A stretch of 63,872 nt of DNA, the filler included, from Perkinsus chesapeaki ATCC PRA-425 (lineage: Eukaryota > Protista > Perkinsozoa), in assembly GCA_013115145.1 (NCBI GenBank). It is 10 parts of 10 records of this genome, joined end to end, with 100 filler letters (N's around TTAATTAATTAA, not from the genome) between each part and the next. Parts side by side here need not be neighbours in the genome. Positions count along the whole stretch, not along the records: positions 7,459 to 17,096 come from JAAPAO010000930.1; positions 17,197 to 23,061 come from JAAPAO010001125.1; positions 23,162 to 24,785 come from JAAPAO010001862.1; positions 24,886 to 48,049 come from JAAPAO010000565.1; 6 more parts are not named here. One strand, 5' to 3'. Both the position numbers and the translations under genes were made by a program. Shown piece by piece: positions 13,401 to 25,029 of the stretch. The stretch's first letter is position 1; each line of letters starts with the position of its first letter. The notes below the pieces were generated by a model. The model did no database searches. It worked only from the letters and a program-made list of their open reading frames with translations, and was not told where the DNA came from.

Positions 13401-16295
13401 GTTACCGATTCTGAAGTTACTGTCTACCGACTTAGACGCCCCTCTAATGACGACAAGTTGCCCGCTCCTGAACGGCGACGTCTAGCTGCTGTACGACAAT
13501 TGTGTCTAGAGCTGCATGCCCATGTTAAGCATGTAGCATCTAGTTGCAATCCTGCTGATTCTATATCCAGGTGCAATTTGTCCAAGTCGTTTGACAGTTC
13601 TAACCTCTCTTCGGCTCTAGATGCTCTATCTGTTACCTACCGCCCTGACGAGAAGCTCTCTTTTGAGGACGTGGGGTACGCTCTAGACCGAACTAATGAC
13701 TTACCTTCTACTTCTGAGGACGTGGGGTACGCTCAAGACCAGACTAATGATGTCCATCCTTCTATGAAGGACGTGGGGTACCCCTCTACGCCCTTAGACC
13801 CTCAACTTCATTGCTGTCATGATTCTAATACTTTGGTATATAATAAGGTGGCTTCTCTATTAGACGATGACTTCCTCTACGAGAACTCTATAGCTATTGA
13901 TGATTTCCCGGTGACACCCCCGGAGACAACAAGTCATGACAGCTGTCTACATCTTGCCGGTACCTCTATGCTCGTTAACAGTGATGGTCTAAACCTACCC
14001 AGTATTCCTGGTTTGAATCTATCCGATGACGAGAAGGAGGAACTATGGCTTCTTCTAGAGTTTGTTGACACTACAAGAGGTGTTCCTACTTCTGAGTCTA
14101 CTCTAGATAATATCGAGTTTCAACGGCGCCTGACTGTTTGTGCGCGTCGGTGCCAATCTAATGACGTCGATCTTTCTAAGTTTCGAGACTATCTTGAGGG
14201 TAAAACCTCTCGTGCCTCTGTTGGCTTACGGCAAACGGTCTTCCAGCGTCTATCCAAGCATTGTTCTCTAGATAATGATGGTCTAATTCGTCAACGACGC
14301 TGGTATGGTTCTAGCTGCGAAGCCGACTCTGATGATAATGGCACTATCTACCTTGGCAGTTCTAGTTATGCCTATCAAGTGGTGTGTATCTTGGCTGCTA
14401 TCTATCATTATTCTTTCGGACACCCTGGTCAACGCCGACTACGATCTATCATCAAGAGGCGGTTCACTGCTAGGGGCATCACTACTGCTGTCCGTAAGAC
14501 TACTTCTAGTTGTACACTATGTCTGCGTGCTAGAGCTTCTAAGTCTATTCGTTACTTGAACTCCGATGTACAAGACATGGTTGTTACCCAACTGTGGCAA
14601 CTAGTGGGAGTCGATGTGGTAGGTCCCTATGGTCGAGGTTCTCTACGACAACGCTCTCAATTATCTTCTAATATCTCTACTACCTCTTCTGGCTCTCAAG
14701 GAGATTCTAATCTGGACCAGTCTAAAGACTACTACGTTCTTGTTTGTCAAGATGCGGTTAGTGGTTATATTGCGGCGAGGTCTATGAGAAACTCTAAGGC
14801 CACTACTATTGCTATGGCTCTTCACTCTATCTTCTGCGAGCATGGTAGCCCCAGTGTTCTGGTGAGTGATCGAGCTGTTACTTCTATATTGTCTAAGCCT
14901 GTGAGGTCTATTTTGATCAAGCATGGTACTAGGCAATATAGCCTACCCGGTTATAGTCAACATCTATCATTTTGGGAAAGATCTCATAGAGATCTGGCTC
15001 AAACTTCTCGAGCTATTATGACTTCTAGTGCGACGCCTGAGGACTACATCTACAGCTATTTATTGGCTATCCGGAGTTACAATTCTACTCCTCGGCACTG
15101 GTCTACTTTAAGTCCTAGCACTCTACACTATGCCTACCGCCAACGTCTACCAGCGGACCCTCCTACTAACTTCCCTTCTGTTGATTGGGATAAGTTAGAG
15201 ATTAAGTATCTTAATGTTGACTATCTACCTTATGTTAGGTCTCTTCTACCTACCTTATCTGATCTACAGGAGAAGACTAAGGCTACGGTACAGGAATACA
15301 TCGATAGTTGGCGCTCTAAGCAGGCCGACCTTCGAGAACGCTCTATAAAGGAGACCCCTCAAGACTATAAGCTCAACCTCTACGACTTGGTTTATATGAC
15401 TGAGTCTACTGGCAATATTGGTCGCCATCTAGACACCAAGTGGCGTGGTCCACTCACTGTGGCACGTCTAGCTGGAACCTCTATGGCTTATCTATTTGAT
15501 GGTATTTTATTACCTAATGATTACGGCGGTAATCTACGAGTCTCTCAAGATGGTAACTGTATAGAAGGTGGCCTTGATCCTTCTACTCTGGTCTACGCCT
15601 CGCTCAAGAACTTGGTGCCTGCTAAGGCTCTGCAAAGTCTAGTCTATGATCATCTCGAGAAAGGTGTTCGTGTCTATCGAGATGCAGACGGCGGACTTTC
15701 TACTATGCCGGCTAGTGTTGACGGCTCGGATCAGTCTAAAATTCTTCTTCGTCAAGCTCGAGGTAAAGTAGCTTCTGACCGAGGCCGTCGACAATCTATC
15801 ATCTTGCCTGGTTGTCAAGATCCCCCGCTAGAACCACTACAAGGCTCCTCTTCTAGTTCGTCTCAACTACCGGCCGAGGAGGAAATTCTAGCTTCAACAA
15901 ATGAGGATGTATCTTCTGTCGAAGTTAATGCTCCATCAACGGTGAGAAGGGCTAGTTCTAGCAGTTCATTGAGGCCACCTACTACGCCAGCATTGACATT
16001 TGGTTGTTCTATTCCTTCCTCTAAAGCTATTAAGCCTGGTTGGTTGGTTATTTCTATTGATGCATCTACTTATCGAGGTTTAGCCGTAACTGGTGAATCT
16101 GATACTATGGTAGATCTAGTTCCTCTTCAACCTCTTTTCTTTGCGTCTATTACTGGCGTTTTGTCTGTATCGGATGGTGATGTTCTACATCATGTTCCGA
16201 GGTCGCAGATACTCTATGTTACCTCGTCGATTCGACCGCTTACTCGTTCCCTACTAGAGCGTACTCGTAATTTACTTGAGCGTTTGGGACTTTAA
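7461..16295 (+). mobile_element. BEL/Pao-like LTR retrotransposon, single gag-pol ORF (>2,900 aa, open to contig edge)
   Basis: Three CCHC knuckles (CYRCLASGHPARLC, CSKCGNPNHSSSDC, CQRCRTKGHLPYVC); protease LYDTGAD; RT FDFRALN, DLSKAF, FVDD; Pao-type RNase H ASFYDPLG, STDAS, IPRKELDAL; integrase H-x4-H..CxxC, VGVD, SD, WE. The frame stays open upstream of ATG 7650 to 7461. Confidence 0.95.
13664..13790 (+). repeat. In-frame 51-bp (17-aa) repeat, ~2.5 copies, between RNase H and integrase
   Basis: EDVGYALDRTNDLPSTS / EDVGYAQDQTNDVHPSM / KDVGYPST. Confidence 0.85.
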
Positions 16296-17346
16296 GCGAT
16301 CGATATTGAATTCTATTCGCCTTATCTAGTCGATAAAGCAATTATTTGTTGTGCGGCTTTCGTCTATGGCGCGGTTCTGTCTCCCCTATATATTACTATC
16401 TGTATTAGTTAGACACTTCTCTAATTAGATATTATGATTAATTAACTACTTGTGAGTACTGGTTATATGTTTATCTTCCGTAATACTCTTGGTGTGTATT
16501 ATTCTATCATCTACACTAATTTATCACGGTAGGCAACCCTTTGTGCTGCTTGGCACGCATGCCCGGTGACGCGGGATTGGTGATTGAGCCTTTATCTCAT
16601 TATTTTATCTCTGCGGCTTATTCATCCTGCGATTATTTATACGGTGAATCGTTCATTCTACCATGCTCTAATCCCTGTATATCTTGCGCTCGTTATGACA
16701 CAATACTTGCCTACGGTCGCCTTATATCTTCACTAGCATGACTGATCAACATTAGCTATAATATCCCGGTTCTACCTGCTATTGAACTCGATGTCTATGA
16801 ACTGTATGGAAGTGTTCACTGGAGTTATCTATTGGTCTGGTTATGACTATGCCATTATCTAAGATGAAAGTCGAAGACTTCAGCTCGAAGTTATGAAGAT
16901 TAAGTCTGTGATGATGATGACTCTTTGTTACTTACAGATATTGTCTACTGCTGTGATTTATTAATCTCTAAGTACCATTTTCTATTTTGAAATGAGCTCT
17001 ATGTAGTGCTCATTTGTGGGGTATGTGCTGACCAGCAGCGCTACTGAGGGCTCGCTCGCCCTAAATCTATTAAAACTGTCACAATATCTGAAACTGNNNN
17101 NNNNNNNNNNNNNNNNNNNNNNNNNNNNNNNNNNNNNNNNTTAATTAATTAANNNNNNNNNNNNNNNNNNNNNNNNNNNNNNNNNNNNNNNNNNNNGTCT
17201 TTCAGCTGTTGTTAGCGACAACCGCTGTTTTTTGTTGATAGTTTCTGAAATCAAGAATAACAATACACCGTGTACTTCCATTATCCAAGTCAGTTCTCAT
17301 TCTTACATTCTTGTGTGGTAAAACTAGTAATGAACAACCTTCTAGC

Positions 17347-18477
17347 ATGCTTTATATCCTTATTGGTAAGCCACCTCGGTGATGCACGTGAATCAGGGGC
17401 AGCAGCGCAGGTGAGTCCAATAGGGGTCCAAATGCATTTCCATAATCATCTTTTTGCTCAGGATATTGACGTGAAGGTAAGAGTGCTGCTACATTGGCTG
17501 CTCCATTGGCACACTTGGTTGAGCTTGGCGCCTCTGCTTCTATCACTTGAAGAAATATGTATTCCAGTTTCATTACCCTGCCGCAGCTGACAGCATCTTG
17601 TCTGGAGAGATCGGACGGTCGAGGTTAAAGTCGGAGATGAAAAATTTGGCAACCATCATGGCGAAGCAATCTGCCGCCTTAAAACGCGTGCTTTACGAGA
17701 AAAACAGGTAGCTCAACGAGCAAATATTAATTGACAGTTATCGGAGTCTGATAACCTGGAATACTAGACGACATCACTCATTATCCGCTGTAGTTTTGCG
17801 AGCTTCCGTGCCGATGAGAAAGATGAGCTTTCAACTGCTGAAGGTAAACTCATCTGGCATGATGCGTGTATATGAGTTCTTCTCTCACCAGCTGTGACGG
17901 ACTTCGTCATGCGGCATGAAATCGATGCGTCAGACTTGTCGTGTACGCGGGACTACAATATGTTATGTAATAGATTATTGAGGATCCTGCCTGAGTCAGG
18001 TAACCTGATAGTGAGTTTTTATGTACCTCCGGTAGGCCCTGTAAGTTTCTCCACCTGGAGGAGGCATATCTTTGCTGTCTTGTCAACAGAAAGATTGGGC
18101 CGATCAAGGAGACGGTGAACATTGTCGGGCTCCCTACTACTACTCTGGCTCATGCTCCGAAATAGTCAGATTTGGTGGACTAGGCCCCCTCGGGAAGGGT
18201 AGACTTGCCAGGCATTGCGATGCTCGTTATCCTTGCACTGACGAGTGCAACCAAAACTTCGATCTCCCTTGCCCAGTAGTGCCGCTCGCAGCTGGAAGAG
18301 ATTGATCCGCCTTTTTTCGTTCAGGAGGCATGGAATCAGCTGGGTGATGGCAATTGCCAGGCTCCTACTGACTATAGCGGCAACTGTCCACCTGTTTACG
18401 ATTTAAGGGATCACAGCCGGGTCATGAAATATCGATTTGCCGAGTTGTGTGACGTTGCGTGGCCCTGCTTCGCATGA
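17347..18477 (+). CDS. CPW-WPC domain protein (copy A), multi-exon
   Basis: CTRDY, CRAPYYYSGSC, RHCDARYPC, CNQNFDLPCP, WNQLGDGNCQAPTDYSGNC and ELCDVAWPCFA*; the start codon is uncertain. Confidence 0.8.
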
Positions 18478-18611
18478 GAGATCGGGCGTGCGCTTCAGAA
18501 CTTCTAGTTTCTCTAGAATCAACTGCCTTGATTTGGAATCAGACTCTGATTATCGGAGTAGATATGCATATCCTCCGCTTCACTGGGTCCAGCTAGCTCC
18601 AAATTCTCCCG

Positions 18612-19975
18612 ATGATCCGTCTGTTATTCATCTCCCTGCTTTCAATTCTAGCGTCTGGCAGCGTTCCAGATATTGTCCTCCACATCGACACTCCTCTAGG
18701 TGTATATACTAAACGTGTTTTGCGAGGTATGCACCCGCACTTCTGTCACATAAGTTCTGTGGGAATTTCCAAGCTTAGGTTTATAATGGTTACCTCCATC
18801 CCTTCCTTCAGGTCTGAAATTCCGACATATCCCCAAGTCCTTAGAATTGTCACTCGCTGAGCTATCACAGTCTCCTAGAATCAATATTTTTATCGAAGGA
18901 AGGCCCAAGATTCCTTCGGCGGCTCTCGTTGATTCAGCACGTGAACCGATTCGCGAACCTAATACCGCAATCAACGTGCATGTAGAGTCCGAAGTTCCGA
19001 GAGATTCTCTTTTAAACACTGGAAAGCTGAATGCCCTTCTACGGGCTGGGGAGACTCTTGAACGACGTACTTGGCAAACAGGTGAACTTGGAGAAATCAG
19101 TTGAAGTTGTATTGTCAAGAACCTTCGCATAAAAATTCCTTTCTTGTCAACCTAGGAAACGTCATTGCAGCGATTGATCCGACTGTTAGGATGTAGAACA
19201 TGCCTGAGCGGGCCAGCTAGCGATCTCCGATCTACCACGCTGTTTCTTCCATTTCATTGCAAGGATGCTCCATCTCCTTTGCTAGTTTTTCGAATTGGTC
19301 AACTAACTAATGCAATATACTGGGATACTATCGTTGGCTCTGGTGGGTAACCACCACACCCGTAACCTTGGATTTCCCCTCAGCTACACTGGCCTACTTC
19401 GAGTGTCGTTTTGAATTCTGTTGAAGACCAACTAACAAGCTACTTTTTCACGGGATTATGTGAACGTGAATATGGGCCTGAGGTATGTCCCCACTGAAGA
19501 ATTCCCAAGGTATAAGTGGGCAAAATAGACGTAGTTATTTCAGTGCCCGGTCAATTGGAGCAACCAAGGGGGGCTCTGCGCCCCTCCGCATGAATATACT
19601 GGTCCTTGTAGCGCATTCGCTTGTCCTTCTAGTAAAGCAGAGAAACAAGAGATTGCACGTCACTGTTTTGTCGATTGGTATTTGACTTCGGAAATGAATG
19701 TGCTTTTAAAATCGATTTGTAGGCCGTGTGCTGGCAGTTGCCAAAGGAAGTTTACTGGTTGCCCAAAAGGCTGGGCCCAAGGCGGACGAATGTGTACCGC
19801 TCCTCCTTCGACACGTGGCAACTGCATGCGCAGCATCGATTTTGAGGGTATGTCTAGTCAGGATAAGGCATCATGGGCAGCGATGTGTGGAGAAGAGTGG
19901 TACGCTCTATCGAAAGTTCTTACGAGGTGGTCCGTGGGCTGTACTCGCACCATTTTCAGGCCATGCGTCGAATAG
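18612..19975 (+). CDS. CPW-WPC domain protein (copy B) with signal peptide, multi-exon
   Basis: N-terminus MIRLLFISLLSILASG; CPVNWSNQGGLCAPPHEYTGPC, RHCFVDW|PC, CQRKFTGCPKGW..CTAPPSTRGNC and MCGEEW|PCVE*. Confidence 0.82.
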
Positions 19976-20403
19976 CGTGGTGCACGGCATATATGTACGT
20001 ATAATGCGACTTTTTTCGGAAATGTACACTCGCTTTCCACAGTGTTAGTGATTTTCCGTCCCGGAATGTATGATGGCGTATACTCTAATCTTGCAGAATG
20101 TCTCTTGGTGCCACTTAATTCCATGCCTCCGTGAACGATTCATAGGACCAAGCTACAGCCTTTCGGAAAGGCCCTTCCCAGGTTTCCAGCTCGACACTTC
20201 CCGGAAATTGTTCCGACACGGCGTTAGCTGTCGTCGACGACACTAAGGTAGCTATCTTACATCGTCAGGATCATGCACATTCTCGCTCGATGCCGCCAAA
20301 ACGCTTTCGTGCTTCCAATAACGGTCACGCGAGTTGTACAAATTTCTCAGCGTTCGTTGCGTTTGTCTAATTTATCCTGCAGCTTTGCCGTCCTCTTCAG
20401 TCA

Positions 20404-20826
20404 GTGATGAATAGAGCCGCCTTCCTTGCCTCTATAATTGCAGTCTTTAGCCACGGAAACAGCCTTTCGAACTTTAATAGCCAAATAACCAAGATGCTCC
20501 GAGAATCGTGTGGCACCGCTTGTACTACTGCGTGGACTAGGAGTATATCTCCAATGCTGATAGAGTCGTACGCAGAGTTAAAGGATCGCCACAGAGCTGA
20601 TTCAAAACTGGTAATTACGAGTCGATCGACCACCTCCTACGAAAAAAATCTATAGGATCTAATCCCGCTAGCGGTGGCTCACCTAAGTTCCACGTTTACA
20701 GGGATGTTAGAAGAAGATAGACACATGCTGCTGGACAAGGTTGATACGCTCAATAGGATGTTGGCACATTCAGCAGAAGCTCCGTTGCAATCAAACCCCG
20801 TTAGTGGCATTCAAGGTTTGTCTTAA
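20404..20826 (+). CDS. Hypothetical secreted protein
   Basis: Signal-peptide-like MMNRAAFLASIIAVFSHG; a probable second exon ends ..GIQGLS*. Confidence 0.4.
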
Positions 20827-21934
20827 TGCTCCGTCTTTCGCGTCTGTCGCACGCAAGTACAGCATCGCGTTCTGATCGCAGAGAACAAAAACCACTGCAC
20901 GACCGTGCGACATGCGGCCCTCGAAGCTTATGATTCTTCAAGACAAATTGTAACTTCACTGATAATGTATTACTATGTTTGATGTGCGGTAGCGCTAGGT
21001 GAATGCCATGGCATCATCCGTAGCGGTACTCTGTGGATGCGTTTTCAGTACGATAACGGCAGAGTGGTGGGTTCCTACCAGTCAAACGAAAACAGTTTAC
21101 TGCTTCAGCTCTCTTAGCAGCAATCCCTACACATGCGGATTCCCAGTAATCACACAAATTGCCGTGTAATTTCTGAGACTGTGCGTTTAACGTTATAGTT
21201 CCGAGCATACGAAGGTCTGTTCTATACTTCGGAGACGCTTTGGGAGGTGGTTAAATACAGTAAGGTGTTAATGACCTCTTTTGGTCATCTGAAGAATATT
21301 CGCCTGCATTTTCAGCAACAAATCTCTGCCGCATCAACTAGGCTTGCAGATAAAGTTGATCCATAGACACTTCCGGTTTTGCATTACGAAAAACCTGGTA
21401 GTTTTCAGTTTTCTTGGAGAATAGGCTTCATTCTCATAATCAATGGTCCAGCAAGTCAACATGAAACTCCGCTTCCTCGGAAAAATCAAGACACACCAGT
21501 TTACCGGATCGCCAATGGGAACTTTCCAGTGAAGTCTCTGCACCAGCGGCGGGTGGGTCATTGGCTATATAAATTCGGACTCCTTTGGGGTCACTCCGAA
21601 CGTCAGAACTACAATGAGGGGCCATCCATACGGTACTGTGGCTTAATCTCAGAATTATAAATACTGTTCTCTGTTTTTAAAGCGATTGCTGGGTCACTTC
21701 TCGATCATATTCACCAGTATTCCATGGTTTGCAAACTCGTGAATCAGCCCTGAGCTATCTAGTTCGTGGACACTCTGCAGGGTAAGTGTCGGTGTTGATG
21801 ACTTTGATTTATAAGCTGTGTCAAAACAGCATGGGCTTAACAGTGTTTAGTAAAAACCTTGTACCAGTCAAGATGACTGTTTCATTATTATTTATATAGC
21901 TTACAGTGCTTTCAGTTAGTTGTTTACTCATACA

Positions 21935-22237
21935 ATGCGGATTCTGATAGCGTTCATCGTCATGGTAGATTATGCGTGCTGTAGCGAGCCTCTTTTGCAG
22001 ACTCCCAAGTCGCTCTTGAGGGTGGTGAATGAAGAAATAAGTCGCCGGAAGATTAAAGATGGCGACAGTAACCAGATGACAGTACCAAGACTCATCCCGG
22101 TTAATCAGCTTACGCTTTCAGATCACTTCACCCAGTCTCCGATGGTTTGGACATTCTTGAATCAACCGAGAAGAATTGCGTTTTCGGAGACAGGGTTCAA
22201 CCCCGACGTGATCCGAAAAGGTAACGGAGAATCCTGA
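21935..22237 (+). CDS. Hypothetical secreted protein
   Basis: Signal-peptide-like MRILIAFIVMVDYACCS followed by a ~100-aa ORF. Confidence 0.45.
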   Translation: MRILIAFIVMVDYACCSEPLLQTPKSLLRVVNEEISRRKIKDGDSNQMTVPRLIPVNQLTLSDHFTQSPMVWTFLNQPRRIAFSETGFNPDVIRKGNGES

Positions 22238-23161
22238 AATTACCGGAATCGCCCGTCCCATCAGGTCTGCTTTCCTCGAAGGTACCTTTTTTTTCTTAAT
22301 AGCGCAACTTGTTCTCGTTCCCCTACAGTCCGTCCTTCACCGGCCGCAAGCTGTAGTTAACATAATCGCCACACGGAACGAGGTCTAAAAATGCGCCGCT
22401 GCTCTGCTTAGTCTTGTCCGGCTGAATCTTCTCTGCTATCGATCTAGTGTCTGTTATATTCTCTCTATAGTGGATACCTTTATGGTCTCTTTAACCTGCT
22501 CAGGACCATATTCTCCATTGCATAATGAAAGATCAGTTTGTCCCTGCAGCCTTGGCCTATTTGCTCGTCTCTGCTGTAGTGACGACAGCAATACCCTGGA
22601 CAAATTCACGGGATGCGAAGGCAACTTTTTACGGTATGCTAGTTTAAGTGCGCGTTTCATATGGGTCGCTGGAAGATCCGAAACTGACAGAGTCACCGCA
22701 TGCATGTAAACGAGACTACTCAGCACCTTGTCCGCAAAATCATGGTTAGTGGATCCTGGCTCTTGTGAGATTGCTCTAGGACTGTTCCGTAGTCCATGAC
22801 GATTCTGGTGCGTGCATTCCAAGTGACACGGACGGCCCCTGCGGTAGATATTCCGTGGTCCTTTCGTTACTCGGCGATGACTCAAAGTCACGATGGGCTG
22901 AGATTTGCAGAGTCAACTGGCCATGTGAGGGTACGCCACGTGATACTGCGAGACCTATCTTGAACTACGGTATCCTCCTTCAGAATGTCCGCGAGTTTAT
23001 ACTCAGGCAGTACGAACTTGGTCTTTTGCTTGTGCTCTTCTCGCCATCTCAGTGTCCAGAANNNNNNNNNNNNNNNNNNNNNNNNNNNNNNNNNNNNNNN
23101 NNNNNTTAATTAATTAANNNNNNNNNNNNNNNNNNNNNNNNNNNNNNNNNNNNNNNNNNNN

Positions 23162-24746
23162 GTGGTGGACGCAAAATAACCGCGTCTGGTGGATTATCAT
23201 CCAACCACTTCCACTCCATTGTCCAAATGCCCTTATTAATTAGTCCGTCCCACGTGCGAGTAAGAGTGAAATCGTCTTCTTCAATTCTGACTGTTGGCAA
23301 CACATTCGATTCTTGCTCAGTGGCACTTGCAAGTATAATTTCATTATCCTGCGAGTTTCTGATCTACAGCAGCCATGGAACTGTGGTGTTTGTTAAACTA
23401 TTGATCGATATATGGGCCTCGCCTGCCCTACACCAGTCCATTCCCAGTATACCGTGGATTGGCAACTCTTTTATACACAATAGTTCCGGAAGATCAGAAA
23501 CTAATAGTTTAACTGATGAGCCAAATAAACTGATTGGGCTACGAACTTGCGGCAAACTGACGTAGCCACGCAGAGTTCGAATACGGACTTGCTTATCCAG
23601 AAACGAAATGTTGTCAAGACCAGTCTCTTTGAGAAACGAATTGCATATTATCGTCAATGTTGAACCAGAATCCACGAGAAATCGGAACTCACTAATTGGT
23701 ACCGTTAGGCTTGCCGGGAGTCTGACACGAACAACGAGATGATCACGGATCTCATGATCAGGCTGAAGGTCAAGTCCACCGCCATCCAAACTTACTGTAT
23801 TCTTCTGGAGAGACGGACAGTCCCTGCGCAGATGTCCACGACCATTGCAATTGTAGCAACGAGGTCCACCCTTATGTATAAACTTCTGAGTACGATTGAC
23901 ACCTTTGCCAAACTTTCCTTTGCCTTTCCAAGATTTACCCTTGGAGTAGGAAGCAGCACCAAAAAACGCGACCTTTTCTTCGGCAGTCTCGGCCCTAACA
24001 GACTTAGCCAAGTGAAGGGCTGTGTTCACCAAGGGCGCCCCATCCTTAACCTGTGCGCGCCAGGTGGAGCGGATTGTGTCCAAGCCAGAGATGCCTTTTG
24101 GAATAGCCTCCCAGAAAGACATGGTAACCACCCAATCTAGGCTCTTGCGGGAAGACCTAGCGACCTCAGGAAGTGCATAAGTGACATATTTCTGAATGTC
24201 ACCCATAAGGTCAGCTGGGGACTCGCCAGGACATAACCTGCGTTCACGAACCAAAGACCAGAGTTCATGGATGCCTAAGCCGAAACGCTCCTGGAGGACA
24301 TCAGCACCAATGGTGAACGCCTTGGGATAGTTTACACCGCAACGGACATTGTTAGTCAGCACATTATAAGCCTGACCTCTGGTGTTGAGTAAGAGGTACT
24401 GGTACCACTTATCCTTCGGAACACCAAGTAGTCTAAGATGGGCCTCCATTCGGCTCAGAAACTCGAACACCTCGAGACTACCACTCTGGGATTCACCACC
24501 GTGGAATTTTTCACCGAGGTCGAAAGACTTGACTGAACGTCGAACCGAGTCTTCTGGAGGTGAGGACTTTTTGTCATCTATGGGATCATCTGTTTCCTCC
24601 TCGATCTCATCATTATCTTCGACCTCGCCAGTTTTCTTCTCAACCTCTTTGTTCTTATCATCTTTATCCACGACTTCTCCGTCGCCTACAGCCATAGCAA
24701 ACAGTGGCTCCTCGTCGTAGTCAACTTCATTGTCGACTTTAGACAT
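23162..24746 (-). mobile_element. LTR retrotransposon gag-protease fragment with an in-frame TAG; truncated by contig edge
   Basis: Acidic N-terminus, capsid-like FLSRMEAHL..W region, CCHC knuckle CYNCNGRGHLRRDC, protease FLVDSGS; the same frame continues after TAG 23364-23366 to the gap. Confidence 0.88.
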
Positions 24747-24885
24747 TTTAACGGATGCCTCAACGGAAACTGAGGATTGTATTCCNNNNNNNNNNNNNNN
24801 NNNNNNNNNNNNNNNNNNNNNNNNNNNNNTTAATTAATTAANNNNNNNNNNNNNNNNNNNNNNNNNNNNNNNNNNNNNNNNNNNN

Positions 24886-24995
24886 AATAATATATAAATG
24901 TAATGATATAATAATAATATATAAATGTAATGATATAATAATAATATATAAATGTAATTATATAATAATAATAAAATATAAATGTAATAATATAA
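24886..24995. repeat. 27-bp AT-rich minisatellite (~4 copies) at contig edge, inside a DXS intron
   Basis: ATAATAATATATAAATGTAATGATATA repeated. Confidence 0.85.
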
Positions 24996-25029
24996 TAAAT
25001 ATAGTGTCTTGAACTTTTTCCTTTACTTC

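Noticed and set aside
7945-14936. Many alternative-frame and antisense ORFs inside the large retroelement ORF
   Set aside because: Shadows of biased codon usage; no independent motifs.
16296-17096. 3' LTR / polypurine tract of the large element
   Set aside because: No clear PPT or TG..CA-bounded repeat, and the 5' end is missing, so no LTR pair can be compared.
20940-23061. Minus-strand ORFs at 21014-21625 and 22454-22891
   Set aside because: Probably exons of hypothetical genes, but no motif or reliable boundaries.
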